Source: Candidatus Lutacidiplasma silvani
Lineage (GTDB): Archaea > Thermoplasmatota > Thermoplasmata > Lutacidiplasmatales > UBA184
DNA length: 64,000 nucleotides
Assembly (NCBI GenBank): GCA_022750295.1
Contig: JAKIVZ010000001.1
Location: 5,651 to 69,650, forward strand
Direction: 5' to 3'
This document shows, one piece after another, positions 38,175-47,471 of the stretch (position 1 is the stretch's first letter; each line of letters begins with the position of its first letter). Below the pieces are notes generated by a model. The model ran no database searches. It was given only the letters and a program-made list of their open reading frames with translations, and was not told the DNA's origin. Made by a program: the position numbers and the translations under genes.

Positions 38175-40058
38175 GTGTCGGTCGCGCTCGTCGTGGCCCT
38201 GACCGCCGGGACGTCCGCGGCGGTCTCTTGGGCCCGGACGCGGGGTCCGTTCCGCGGGTCGTTCGCCCGCGGCGCGCTCTTGACCGCCCTCCTCGCCGCC
38301 GCCGCCCTCGGCGCGGCGTGGCTGACGGCGGCGGCGACCGGCGCGCTCCCCGGAGGGAGCCGGCTCGACGCGTTCGCGGACGTCGTCGCCTCGCCGTACT
38401 TCCTGTTCCCCCTCGCCGGCGAAATGGCGGTCCTTTCGCTCCTGTCGTTCCGCTCCCTGGCGTCGGAGTGGCGCACGCTCCTCCTCCTGCCCCCGGGGAT
38501 CGTCGTGCTGTCGGCGGTCGCCGTCGGATGGCCGGCCGAGACCACCGTGGCGACCCTCGCGGCGAGCCTCCTCATCGTCGTCCAGTTCACCTACCTCATG
38601 CTGTTCATGTACCGGAACAAGCAGCTCTACGTTCCGGTCGCGACCTACATGGTCCGGCTCGCCGGCGCCGGCACGGTCGTCGGCCTCGGCCTTCTCGTCT
38701 GGGTCGTCTGGCACTCCCCGGTGGTCGTCGGCGTCGCGGCGGTCGCCGAGATGCTCGTCTTCCTCTCCGTCGCGGTCGCGCCGCCGGCGCTCGTCGACGA
38801 GGAGCGGTTCTCCTGGCTGATGCGCCCGTTCTGGGCGTTCCAGATGCTCTGCGCGATCTTCCTCGCGGAGCTGTTCCTCGGGGCCGCGCTCGACATCTCG
38901 ATCTACGGGCCCGTCTACATGGCCCAGTTCCCGTGGACGATCGTCGTCGGGGTGCCCCTGACCACGGCCGTCGGGAACGCGGTCTGGGACGGGCTCTGGT
39001 TCGTCGCCGGCACCGCGGTCTCCGCCTGGTTCCTGATCCTGATGGGCCTCGAGATGGCCGCCCTCGTGGTCCTGAAGATCCGCGAGACGCACGAGAAGGA
39101 GCAGAAGTGGCGGCTCGGCCTCATGGTCGCGGTCTACGCGGTCGCCGTCGTCTACATCCCGAGCTTCTGGACGAAGACGCCGCTCGTCAGCAATTCCGTC
39201 GTCGCGAGCCTCCCGGTGATCGGCTGGGGGATGGGGATCCGGACCGGCGGTCCGTTCGCCCCGACGGTGCTCGGCGCGATCATCCTGATGTACGCCTCGG
39301 TCGGCGTCCTCACCGTCCTGTTCGGCCGCCGGGCGCTCTGCTCGGTGATGTGCGGGGCCGCCCTGATGTACCAGTCGGCGACGATCAGCGAGATGCGGAC
39401 GTTCAACCGGACGTCCCGGATCGGCCGGCTGTTCCTCGGGAGCAACTTCTCGACCGCCTACGCGGTCGCCTCGGGGGTCGCGCTCGTCTCCCTGTTCGGC
39501 ACCTCGTTCCTGCCGTACCTCCACCTGCTCCCCGGCGTGCAACTCTCCGCCAGCAGCTACATGGCGGCGACCCTGCCGTTCGAGCTCTACTTCGGCGCCC
39601 TCTGGTTCGTGATGTTCGTCTCGATCCCGTACGTCGGGAACTACAACTGCGTCACGACGGGCTTCTGTCACTGGGGGTCGTTCGCCCAGCTGTTCAGCAA
39701 GGCGACGTTCTTCAAGCTCCGCGTGAAGGACAAGACGATCTGCCAGTCGTGCACGACCGTCGAATGCGCGAAGGCGTGCCCGATCGGGCTCATCGACATG
39801 CCGATGCACTTCCGGACGAAGGGGGAGTTCCGCAGCGCGAAGTGCTGCGGCGTCGGCGATTGCGTCCCCGCCTGCCCGTACGGGAACATGTACCTCTCCG
39901 ACGTCCGCCACTGGCTCCGCGGCAAGTTCTCCGACCCGCTCCACCCTCCCGCGTCGGCCCGGCTACCCATGGTGGCGCCCCGTCGCGCCGCGACGGCGAC
40001 GTCGCCCGCCTCGGCGAGCGGCGCGGGGTCGTCGGCCGGGCCGTCGCTCTCGCACTGA
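38175..40058 (+). CDS. large polytopic membrane protein with C-terminal 2x[4Fe-4S] ferredoxin-like domain
   Basis: About 13 hydrophobic helices, then CQSCTTVECAKACP and CCGVGDCVPACP cysteine motifs. No obvious family. GTG start. Confidence 0.55.
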   Translation: MSVALVVALTAGTSAAVSWARTRGPFRGSFARGALLTALLAAAALGAAWLTAAATGALPGGSRLDAFADVVASPYFLFPLAGEMAVLSLLSFRSLASEWRTLLLLPPGIVVLSAVAVGWPAETTVATLAASLLIVVQFTYLMLFMYRNKQLYVPVATYMVRLAGAGTVVGLGLLVWVVWHSPVVVGVAAVAEMLVFLSVAVAPPALVDEERFSWLMRPFWAFQMLCAIFLAELFLGAALDISIYGPVYMAQFPWTIVVGVPLTTAVGNAVWDGLWFVAGTAVSAWFLILMGLEMAALVVLKIRETHEKEQKWRLGLMVAVYAVAVVYIPSFWTKTPLVSNSVVASLPVIGWGMGIRTGGPFAPTVLGAIILMYASVGVLTVLFGRRALCSVMCGAALMYQSATISEMRTFNRTSRIGRLFLGSNFSTAYAVASGVALVSLFGTSFLPYLHLLPGVQLSASSYMAATLPFELYFGALWFVMFVSIPYVGNYNCVTTGFCHWGSFAQLFSKATFFKLRVKDKTICQSCTTVECAKACPIGLIDMPMHFRTKGEFRSAKCCGVGDCVPACPYGNMYLSDVRHWLRGKFSDPLHPPASARLPMVAPRRAATATSPASASGAGSSAGPSLSH

Positions 40059-40091
40059 GTCGGGCCCCCTCTGGGGACCGGGGTCCGACGG

Positions 40092-40871
40092 CTACGGACG
40101 CCGCACGGACTTCGACCGGGCCCGGCCGTCGGCGAGCCCGGAATCGAGCAGGAGCTGGAGGAGGTGTTCGTGCTTCTTCTCGTCGGATTCCATGCTGTCC
40201 CAGAGGATCCGCATCATCCCGCCGAGTGCCGGGCCGAGGTCGATCTCGCTGGTCTCCTCGGCCTCGTGCTCCCGGCGGATGAGCTGCTCCACGTCGCGAC
40301 GGGTGATCCCCGTCGGGGCGCTCGAGGCGACGCCGCGGTCGAGGTAGGCGGCGAGGGACGCGACGATCTCCGCGTGCCGGAGGCTATCGGAGGCGATCTG
40401 CCGGAAGAGCGCCCGGGTGAGCTCGTCGCGCGAACGTTGGGCGAGTCGCATGCACTCGGCGACCGCGTTCTGCTCGCCGCGGATCCGGTCGCGGAGCCAC
40501 TCGGGGACCTTTTGCTGGAGCTCGGGGCGCAACCCGTCGTTCTTCGTCCCTTTCCCCTCGGGCGGCCGGGATCCGAACCGCTCCCCCAGGGTGATCGCCG
40601 CCTCGAGGACGACCCGGGTGCTCACCGAGCCGGTCATCAGCTTCTGCGCGGTCTGGTGGGCGATCCGACGGGCCTCCTCGTCGCCAAGGTAGGTCGAGAG
40701 GGTCGGGCCGAGCCGCTTCCCGGAGAGGTACTGGGAGACCGACGACGGCACGATCCCGAGGAGGACCGCCGTCTGACGCTCGGGGAGCCCGAACCCCTCG
40801 ACAAGCTCGCGGGCCACGAGCGCCTGCATCACCTGCACGAAAACGACCGGCGATGGCAGGGCGTCGGGCAC
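40092..40871 (-). CDS. HTH-domain putative transcriptional regulator
   Basis: N-terminal …TAVLLGIVPSSVSQYLSGKRL… HTH with a C-terminal helical domain. Confidence 0.5.
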   Translation of the reverse strand: MPDALPSPVVFVQVMQALVARELVEGFGLPERQTAVLLGIVPSSVSQYLSGKRLGPTLSTYLGDEEARRIAHQTAQKLMTGSVSTRVVLEAAITLGERFGSRPPEGKGTKNDGLRPELQQKVPEWLRDRIRGEQNAVAECMRLAQRSRDELTRALFRQIASDSLRHAEIVASLAAYLDRGVASSAPTGITRRDVEQLIRREHEAEETSEIDLGPALGGMMRILWDSMESDEKKHEHLLQLLLDSGLADGRARSKSVRRP

Positions 40872-40953
40872 GGGGCCGAGAGGGGCCCGGCAGCTACATA
40901 GCCCCTCGCGCTCCGCCGCCTCGACGGAGCGAATCGCGGCCCGGCGAAGCGCC

Positions 40954-41748
40954 CTAGAGGGCGTTCACCGCAAATCCGAGCGCGAACCCGACCATGACGC
41001 CGATGTAGACGAGCTGGTTCCGTCGGACCGAGGCGTCGCGCGAATCGAGCGGTTTGAACGCGACCCGGAGCATCGGGAGGATCACGTAGGCGATCGCCCC
41101 GATCGCGAGCGCATCGAAGATCACGAGGAAGAGATCGTTGCTCCAGAAGTAGCCGATCGCCCCGCCGAGGAGGGTGGGGAGCCCGCCGACGAGGAAGAGA
41201 CCGACCATCGTCCCGACGTTCCGCTTGGCGGTCGTGCCGAGGAACGGGGACGCGATCGGGAACCCCTCGGTCACGTTCTGGAGGAAGAACCCGACGAAGA
41301 CGACCGCCAGGATCCCGAGCGCGCCGGCGGTCCAGTTCACACCGAAGACGAGCCCCTCGGTCAGGTTCTGGAGGCCGATCCCGAGGGCGATGATGAGCGC
41401 CGTCCGCTGCGGGCCCCGTTCCGGGGCGACGCCGCCCTCGGCCCCGGCGCCCACGGCCGGAGAACGGGGGAGGTTGTCGACGAAGAAGAGTCCGAGGAAC
41501 GCGACGACGAAGGCGACCCCGAACGCGGCGGAGTAGCCGAGGTCCGCCACGTACCCGTTCGGGTAGAGGATCGGCGAAACGTCGGAGAACACGTCGGCGA
41601 GGAGGAAGAGGAGGATCCCGATCGCCGCGGCATTCAGCCCGACCGCCCATCGTCCCTGGGCCCGCCGACTGTAGACGATCGGCAGCGAGAGGAAGATCGA
41701 GAGGCCCATCGCGCTGGTCAGCCCCATGAAGAGCCAGAAGTTGCCCAT
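40954..41748 (-). CDS. ZIP-family metal (Zn/Fe) permease
   Basis: 8 TM segments. Repeated …GLQNLTEG… and …FLQNVTEG… motifs in the ZIP signature position (HNxxEG-like). Confidence 0.7.
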   Translation of the reverse strand: MGNFWLFMGLTSAMGLSIFLSLPIVYSRRAQGRWAVGLNAAAIGILLFLLADVFSDVSPILYPNGYVADLGYSAAFGVAFVVAFLGLFFVDNLPRSPAVGAGAEGGVAPERGPQRTALIIALGIGLQNLTEGLVFGVNWTAGALGILAVVFVGFFLQNVTEGFPIASPFLGTTAKRNVGTMVGLFLVGGLPTLLGGAIGYFWSNDLFLVIFDALAIGAIAYVILPMLRVAFKPLDSRDASVRRNQLVYIGVMVGFALGFAVNAL

Positions 41749-41797
41749 GGTCGGTTCGCCGAGGGGCGACTCGTCGGACGATTTAAGCGCTTCGTTA

Positions 41798-41823
41798 GTG
41801 AATTATTGGCACGAGAATTTCAC
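41798..41823. promoter_or_regulatory. palindromic candidate operator in the ZIP/ribA divergent intergenic region
   Basis: GTGAATT-N11-AATTTCAC inverted repeat, adjacent to the perfect palindrome AAGCGCTT and a TATA-like atttaa about 28 bp upstream of the ZIP start. Confidence 0.35.
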
Positions 41824-42091
41824 GTTGTGATTTTCCGGAGCTCGGCCGGCGCTCGGCGGGCGTTCGGATCGGCGAGCCAAGGTCCGGCGCGGGGGGTCCC
41901 AGCCGAGGGGATCCTCGGTCGAAGCGCCCGGGCCGCCGGCACGCGGCACCCGCCCGGCGCGTCTCGGCCGGGGCGTCCTCTCGACCTGACCCCGTGGGAT
42001 TTTCGCGTTCCGGGAGGTGGGCCGAGTGCCACCAAATGGTCAAGAGGAGCCGCGGGCGTCCTTACCGGGCCCGGCGCACCCGGGGACGTCT

Positions 42092-42817
42092 ATGGGACTG
42101 CCGAAACCGTCGCTCGAGGAGATGCTCCACCCGGCCGCGGCCGGGGGCCGCGAGGAGCGGGACGGCGTTCGGATCGTCGCCGTCGCGGACCTTCCGACCC
42201 GGTTCGGAGAGTTCGAGGTCGTATCGTTCCGGAGCCCCGAGGACGGGAAGGACCATGCGGCGCTCGTCCTCGGGGACATCGGGGGGAAGGAGAACGTCCC
42301 CGTTCGGCTCCACTCGGAGTGCCTGACGGGGGACGTCTTCACGTCCCTCCGGTGCGACTGCCGCGAACAGCTCGAGCTCGCGATCGAGGAGATCTCGAAA
42401 CGCGGCTCGGGCGCGCTCCTCTACCTCCGCCAGGAGGGTCGCGGGATCGGGCTCGAGAACAAGATCAAGGCGTACCGGCTCCAGGAGCTCGGCCTCGACA
42501 CGATCGAGGCGAACGAGGCGCTGGGGTTCCGGGCCGACGAACGGGACTACCGGGTCGCCGCCGGGATGCTGAGCGCGCTCGACGTGCGCTCGATCCTCCT
42601 GATGTCGAACAACCCGGCGAAGATCTCGGACCTCCAGGCCCACGGGGTGCGGATCGCGGGGCGGATCCCACTCGAGGTCTCCCCGAACCCGCACAATGCG
42701 AAGTACCTCGAGACGAAGCGGGTTCGAGCGGGCCACCTGTTGCAGGCTCCGCGGTGGCCGCCGATGCGCGAGCAGCTCGACTGCCTGCACACCCCCGCCG
42801 GACCGTCGGAAGGCTGA
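42092..42817 (+). CDS. ribA: GTP cyclohydrolase II (RibA)
   Basis: …RLHSECLTGDVFTSLRCDCREQL… is the zinc-binding catalytic motif. ATG verified at 42092; an alternative upstream start is at 42017. Confidence 0.8.
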   Translation: MGLPKPSLEEMLHPAAAGGREERDGVRIVAVADLPTRFGEFEVVSFRSPEDGKDHAALVLGDIGGKENVPVRLHSECLTGDVFTSLRCDCREQLELAIEEISKRGSGALLYLRQEGRGIGLENKIKAYRLQELGLDTIEANEALGFRADERDYRVAAGMLSALDVRSILLMSNNPAKISDLQAHGVRIAGRIPLEVSPNPHNAKYLETKRVRAGHLLQAPRWPPMREQLDCLHTPAGPSEG

Positions 42818-42976
42818 GCGGGACGGGCCGGCGACGTCCGGACGACTCCGGTCGGATCGGGGCACGTCGCGTTCTATCTACTCGGAACCGTTCCGGGGAG
42901 TGCCGCTCTTGGGCGGCGAGAGAAATCCATGCAGGGAGAAGGGGCGCGGCCGCACCGCGCGAACGGGGGAACGAAG

Positions 42977-43795
42977 ATGCGCTGGATGGGCGCGGCGGCG
43001 TTGGGGACGATCGGCGTGGCGGTCCTGATGGTGCTGATGGGCGCGGCGAGCGCGTCGGCGGCGCCGACCGTGGTCAACACGGTCCGGACGAGCGCCCCGT
43101 ACACCGGTGCGTGGTCCAGTCCGTCGAGCTCGACCGACGCCGGGGGCTGCGCGACGAGCACCGTCGTGACCGCCCCGTTCTGGCACGCCCGCACGGGAAT
43201 GGGCGGTTTCTCCGGCACCTCGAGCGCGCGCACGTGCGCCGGCCAGGACTCGTACGGTACGACCGACACCACGTACACCACGTACGTCCCGATCGCCATC
43301 GTTCCCGGCCATGACCACATCAGCGCGAAGTGGTGGCTGCAGGTCGCCGGCGGCGAGTCGCTCCACCTCGCCTCATGCTCGATCGGCGCGACCTCGTTGA
43401 ACTTCTCGTATTGCTACGCGGCCTCGTCCAGCGAGATCTCGGGGGGCGCCTATCTGATGGACCTGACCACCGACACGTACCTCGCGAGCGCGACCAACAC
43501 CTGGAACGGGACGGGGGCCTCCGCCTACTTTGAGGAGTACTGCAGCTACGGGAACTGCTCGACGTACGCGGGCGGCAACTCCTCGACGTTCGGGTACTCC
43601 GGCTGGGTCACGTGGAACTTCAACGTCCACGGCCTCCTCGCGACCCACCAGTACGAGCTCGTCCAGTGGTTCACCGGGTACGAGTCGTCGGACGTCGAGG
43701 GGTACGGGGCGACGATCCACGCGCACGCTTCCGCATGGCTGAACGCCGGAACGTTCGGGAACGGCGAGACGCTGAAGGCGGTCGTCGTTACCTGA
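42977..43795 (+). CDS. hypothetical secreted protein
   Basis: Signal peptide MRWMGAAALGTIGVAVLMVLMGAASASA followed by a Ser/Thr/Gly/Tyr/Trp-rich domain. Confidence 0.45.
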   Translation: MRWMGAAALGTIGVAVLMVLMGAASASAAPTVVNTVRTSAPYTGAWSSPSSSTDAGGCATSTVVTAPFWHARTGMGGFSGTSSARTCAGQDSYGTTDTTYTTYVPIAIVPGHDHISAKWWLQVAGGESLHLASCSIGATSLNFSYCYAASSSEISGGAYLMDLTTDTYLASATNTWNGTGASAYFEEYCSYGNCSTYAGGNSSTFGYSGWVTWNFNVHGLLATHQYELVQWFTGYESSDVEGYGATIHAHASAWLNAGTFGNGETLKAVVVT

Positions 43796-43933
43796 GCGGC
43801 CGAGCCTCCCACCCGGGTCGAGGGAATCCCGACCCGGCCCGATGTCCAACCCCTTCCCGGCGCTCCGAGTTCCCGAGGGACTCCGGATCGATTCGTACCC
43901 GACCCGGCGGCTCCGAACGAACGGAAGAACCAT

Positions 43934-44407
43934 TTGGAGGGGCGTACCACTCCGGTACGGGACGGACCCATGGAACCGGGGGAGATCATCGGACTTGGCG
44001 TTCTCGCCGTCGCGGTCGTGATCGCCGTCTGGTCCGCGCTCCTCTCGCTCCGCGTCCGGAAGGACGGGTCGATGCTCGAGGGGATGGTCCAGCTCGCGTT
44101 CCTCCCCGAGAAGCGGCGGACCTACCTGCTGATCCTCGCCATCGAAGGGAACCTGCTGCTGGACGCCGCGATCGTCTGGGCCCTCGGGCTCGTCGGGGTC
44201 CTTCCGGGCTGGCTCGTCACCCCGGCGGTCGGTCTCTGTCTCGGGGGCGGGGCGATCGCCGTCGGGGCGCTCACCTGGCTCGGGCTCCGGCCCCGGCATC
44301 TCACCAATGCGGAGCGCGTGACGATGCAGGCCCGGGCGCCGCAGATCCTCGAGAGCCTCGCGTTCGCGGCGTACGCGGCGCACGACACGGACGACCCCGT
44401 CGGCTAG
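43934..44407 (+). CDS. hypothetical small membrane protein
   Basis: 157 aa with 3–4 hydrophobic helices. Confidence 0.35.
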   Translation: MEGRTTPVRDGPMEPGEIIGLGVLAVAVVIAVWSALLSLRVRKDGSMLEGMVQLAFLPEKRRTYLLILAIEGNLLLDAAIVWALGLVGVLPGWLVTPAVGLCLGGGAIAVGALTWLGLRPRHLTNAERVTMQARAPQILESLAFAAYAAHDTDDPVG

Positions 44408-44422
44408 TCGCGCGGCTCGGGC

Positions 44423-47338
44423 CTACGACTCCGGCTCCTCGGTCCATACCTCAGGAGCGGCGGCCGCGGGCGGGGGCGTGTTCTTGCGCCGCCGCATCAC
44501 GACGACGGCCGCGACGATCGCCAGGAGGACGATGAGTCCGACGACGAGGAGGTCGAACGTGGTCGCCGGGAGGCCGAGCACCGAAGTGGAGGTCTTCGCG
44601 GTGACGTTGAGGTACGCCTGCGCGGTCGCCGATTCGCCGAGGGTGTCGTGCGCCGTGACGGTCACGATGAAGCTGCCGGTCGCCGTCGGGGTGCAGGTCA
44701 GCGATGACGCGTTCGTCGTCGCGCAGCCGGCGGGGAGGCCGGTATACTTGAACGAGTACACCCCGCTCCCCTGCGAGGCGTTCGTCACCAGGTTGACCGA
44801 AGTTCCGACCGTCGTCGGGTTCGAGACGGGCCCGAACGAGCCGATCACCGGGTCCGCGTTCACTTTCACCGAGCCGGCCGAGCTCTGCGTGACCCCGAGC
44901 GAATCCTTCACGGTGATCGTCACGGAGTAGAGTCCGACGCTGCGGGGAACGCAGACCACCGCGTCGTCATTGACCGCCGCGGGCGACGAGCACCCGGACG
45001 GCAGGTCGGTGAACGAGTAGGTGTACGGTCCCGTCCCGCCGCTCGGGGTCGCGGTGAACGTGACGTTCTGGCCGAGGTCGATCGTCGACGGGGAGGCGGC
45101 GACCGTCGGCGCGGCCATCGGGGAGTTGACGGTGAACGAGATGTTCTCGAACGCGGAGTAGCCGGTCTCGTCCTGGACCTCCGCCTCGACCGTGAAGTTC
45201 CCGCTGACCGTCGGCATGCACGAATTGGCCGCGGTGGTCCCCAGGCTGCAGCCCGCCGGCTCGTTCCGGTACAGGTAGGTCAGGGCGCCGGTTCCTCCGG
45301 TCGCGTTCGCCCAGAGGTGCACGGGCGTGCCGACGTCAATGATGGCCGGGGAGGCGACTCCGGAGGTGAACGCCGGGTCGGGGGCCACGATGACCAGCAC
45401 CGAGTCGTGGGTCGACCAACCGAAGGTGTCCGTCGCGTTCACCGTGACGAGCCCGTCCGAGCTCCCGGTCGGCGTGCACGTGAGGACCGGGGCGTCCACC
45501 GTGACGCACCCCGGCGGGAGCTCGGTCCACGCGTAGCTGATCGGCGCCGTGCCGCCGGAGACCGTGGCGGTGACCTTCAGGCTCTCGTTGACGTCGAGCG
45601 TCGACGGGAGCGGGACGAGGTCGGTGACGTTGGGCTGCGCGTTCACCCTGATGGTCGTCGTCGTGTTGATCGCGAATCGGACGGTGTCGGTCACGGTGAC
45701 CCGGACCACGTCGGTCCCGGGGGCGGTCGGGGTACAGTTGAGGACCGCGAGGTCGGACGAGGAGCACCCGGTCGGGAGCCCCGAGTAGCGGTACGAGAGC
45801 GCGCCCGTTCCTCCGCTCGCGTTCGTCGCCAACGCGATCCGGCTGCCAACCGTGACGTTCGTCAGCGTCGGGACGAACGACGCGATCGCCGGGTCGGCGT
45901 TCACCGTCAGGTTCCCCGAGACGTTCACCGGGACCCCGCCGGAGTCGTTCAAGGCCACCGAAATCGGGAACACTCCAACGGCGTTCGGAGTGCAGTTCAG
46001 GATGGAGATGTTCGAGGTGGAGCACCCGGGCGGAAGGGCGGTGTAGTTGTACACGACATATCCCGGATGCCCGATCGGGGTCGCGTTGATCTGGGCGGTC
46101 TGACCAAGGTCGATCGCGCCCGGCGCGACGGAGACCTGGCCGAGGATCGACGGCCCGAGGACCCACGTCTCGTTGCTGAAGGTGGCGTTCGAGAACTCGC
46201 CGCCGAACAGGATCGTGTAGCCGTCGAGCGGGTCGAACGCCATGGTCACATACGCAAGTGCGGGGGGCGAATGCGTGAGGGAACTGGTCAGGCTCGTCCA
46301 GTTCCCGCCCGTGAAGTTCCAGGTGTCCGAGAGCGCGCCCGTTGCCGCGGTCGGATTGGTGGTACCGCCGAAGAGCAGCGCCGTATTCGCGATCGTCGAG
46401 TAGGTGAGCCCGTAGTACACCCGGGCGCTCGGATGGGTCGTCGGCGCCAGCGGCTTCCAGGTCAGGTTCTGGTAGACCCACGTGCTCGAGTCGGGGGACG
46501 AGCAGGCGATGGACGTGCAACCCCCGAAGACGACCGTGTAGTTGTCCACCGGGTCGTAGACCATGCTCGCCCGGAACCGCGCCGGGGGGGTTCCCGTGAC
46601 GGTCAGCTGCGTCCAGTTCCCGGCGAGGAACTCCCACGTGTCAGAATAGGCCGTGGACGCCCCCGCATTCGTCCCTCCGAACATGAGGACGTACCCGTCC
46701 CCGGCATCGTACGCCATCAGAGGGCGCCAACGGGCCAAGGGAGTCTGGTTCGTGGTTCCGGTCAGATTCGTCCAGGTTCCGTGGACGAACGTCCACGTCT
46801 CGTTGTTCGCCACCGCCGCCGGGTACGCGTACCCGCCGAACAGGACCGCATAGCCGTCCGCGGCATCCCAGGCGAAGCCGGCGAGGTAGCGGGCCGAGGG
46901 TCCGCCGGCGGAGAGCTCGGTCCACTTTCCACCCGAGAACGTCCAAGTGTCCGAGAACGAGACGGACGTCGTCGCCCCGCCGAACAGAATCACGTAATGG
47001 TCGATCGGGTCGTAGACCATCATCGCCAGGTACCGCGCCGTGGGCGCGGTCCCCACGTCCGAGCTGACGTCGGTCCACGATTTCGGATTGACCGCGGCGC
47101 TCGCGGGGCGGGCGGCCGGGGCCGGGCTCGCCGCCGCGCACGATTCCCCGAGGAGATTCGAGGCCTGGCAGGTCAGGTTCGCCGTCGATTGCAGGACCGG
47201 CTTGGCCACCACGCCGCTCGCATCGTTGCTCGCCGAGTGTCCGGGGTTCGCCGACGCGGCGGGGGAGAATGGCGTGAGACCTCCCGGTAGCAGGAAGAGC
47301 AGAACCACGGCCACCGGCAGTGCGCTCCGCAGGATCAT
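44423..47338 (-). CDS. secreted surface protein: Kelch-type beta-propeller plus multiple Ig/PKD-like repeats, C-terminal TM anchor
   Basis: Signal peptide MILRSALPVAVVLLFLL. Six …Y(D/N)…LFGG… Kelch blades. At least six repeats of the …SGG(T)G…Y.Y…LP.GCS…L.CTP… module. A C-terminal TM then basic tail. Heavily sequon-rich. ATG verified at 47336–47338. Confidence 0.6.
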   Translation of the reverse strand: MILRSALPVAVVLLFLLPGGLTPFSPAASANPGHSASNDASGVVAKPVLQSTANLTCQASNLLGESCAAASPAPAARPASAAVNPKSWTDVSSDVGTAPTARYLAMMVYDPIDHYVILFGGATTSVSFSDTWTFSGGKWTELSAGGPSARYLAGFAWDAADGYAVLFGGYAYPAAVANNETWTFVHGTWTNLTGTTNQTPLARWRPLMAYDAGDGYVLMFGGTNAGASTAYSDTWEFLAGNWTQLTVTGTPPARFRASMVYDPVDNYTVVFGGCTSIACSSPDSSTWVYQNLTWKPLAPTTHPSARVYYGLTYSTIANTALLFGGTTNPTAATGALSDTWNFTGGNWTSLTSSLTHSPPALAYVTMAFDPLDGYTILFGGEFSNATFSNETWVLGPSILGQVSVAPGAIDLGQTAQINATPIGHPGYVVYNYTALPPGCSTSNISILNCTPNAVGVFPISVALNDSGGVPVNVSGNLTVNADPAIASFVPTLTNVTVGSRIALATNASGGTGALSYRYSGLPTGCSSSDLAVLNCTPTAPGTDVVRVTVTDTVRFAINTTTTIRVNAQPNVTDLVPLPSTLDVNESLKVTATVSGGTAPISYAWTELPPGCVTVDAPVLTCTPTGSSDGLVTVNATDTFGWSTHDSVLVIVAPDPAFTSGVASPAIIDVGTPVHLWANATGGTGALTYLYRNEPAGCSLGTTAANSCMPTVSGNFTVEAEVQDETGYSAFENISFTVNSPMAAPTVAASPSTIDLGQNVTFTATPSGGTGPYTYSFTDLPSGCSSPAAVNDDAVVCVPRSVGLYSVTITVKDSLGVTQSSAGSVKVNADPVIGSFGPVSNPTTVGTSVNLVTNASQGSGVYSFKYTGLPAGCATTNASSLTCTPTATGSFIVTVTAHDTLGESATAQAYLNVTAKTSTSVLGLPATTFDLLVVGLIVLLAIVAAVVVMRRRKNTPPPAAAAPEVWTEEPES

Positions 47339-47471
47339 TCGTTCCCACTTCGTCGAGCACCCGGGTCGAAGGCGTGCCGCGGCCACCCCCGGGCGAAACG
47401 GCCCGAGAGTCATCTAACTTTGCTTTGGCTCTCCCTCGGCCGGGCCGCCGAGCGGAGGACGCCGGCGGGCT

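Noticed and set aside
41750-42091. Possible FMN riboswitch in the long leader of ribA
   Set aside because: None of the conserved FMN-element strings (GGGTGAAATTCC…, …CCGACGGT…) are present.
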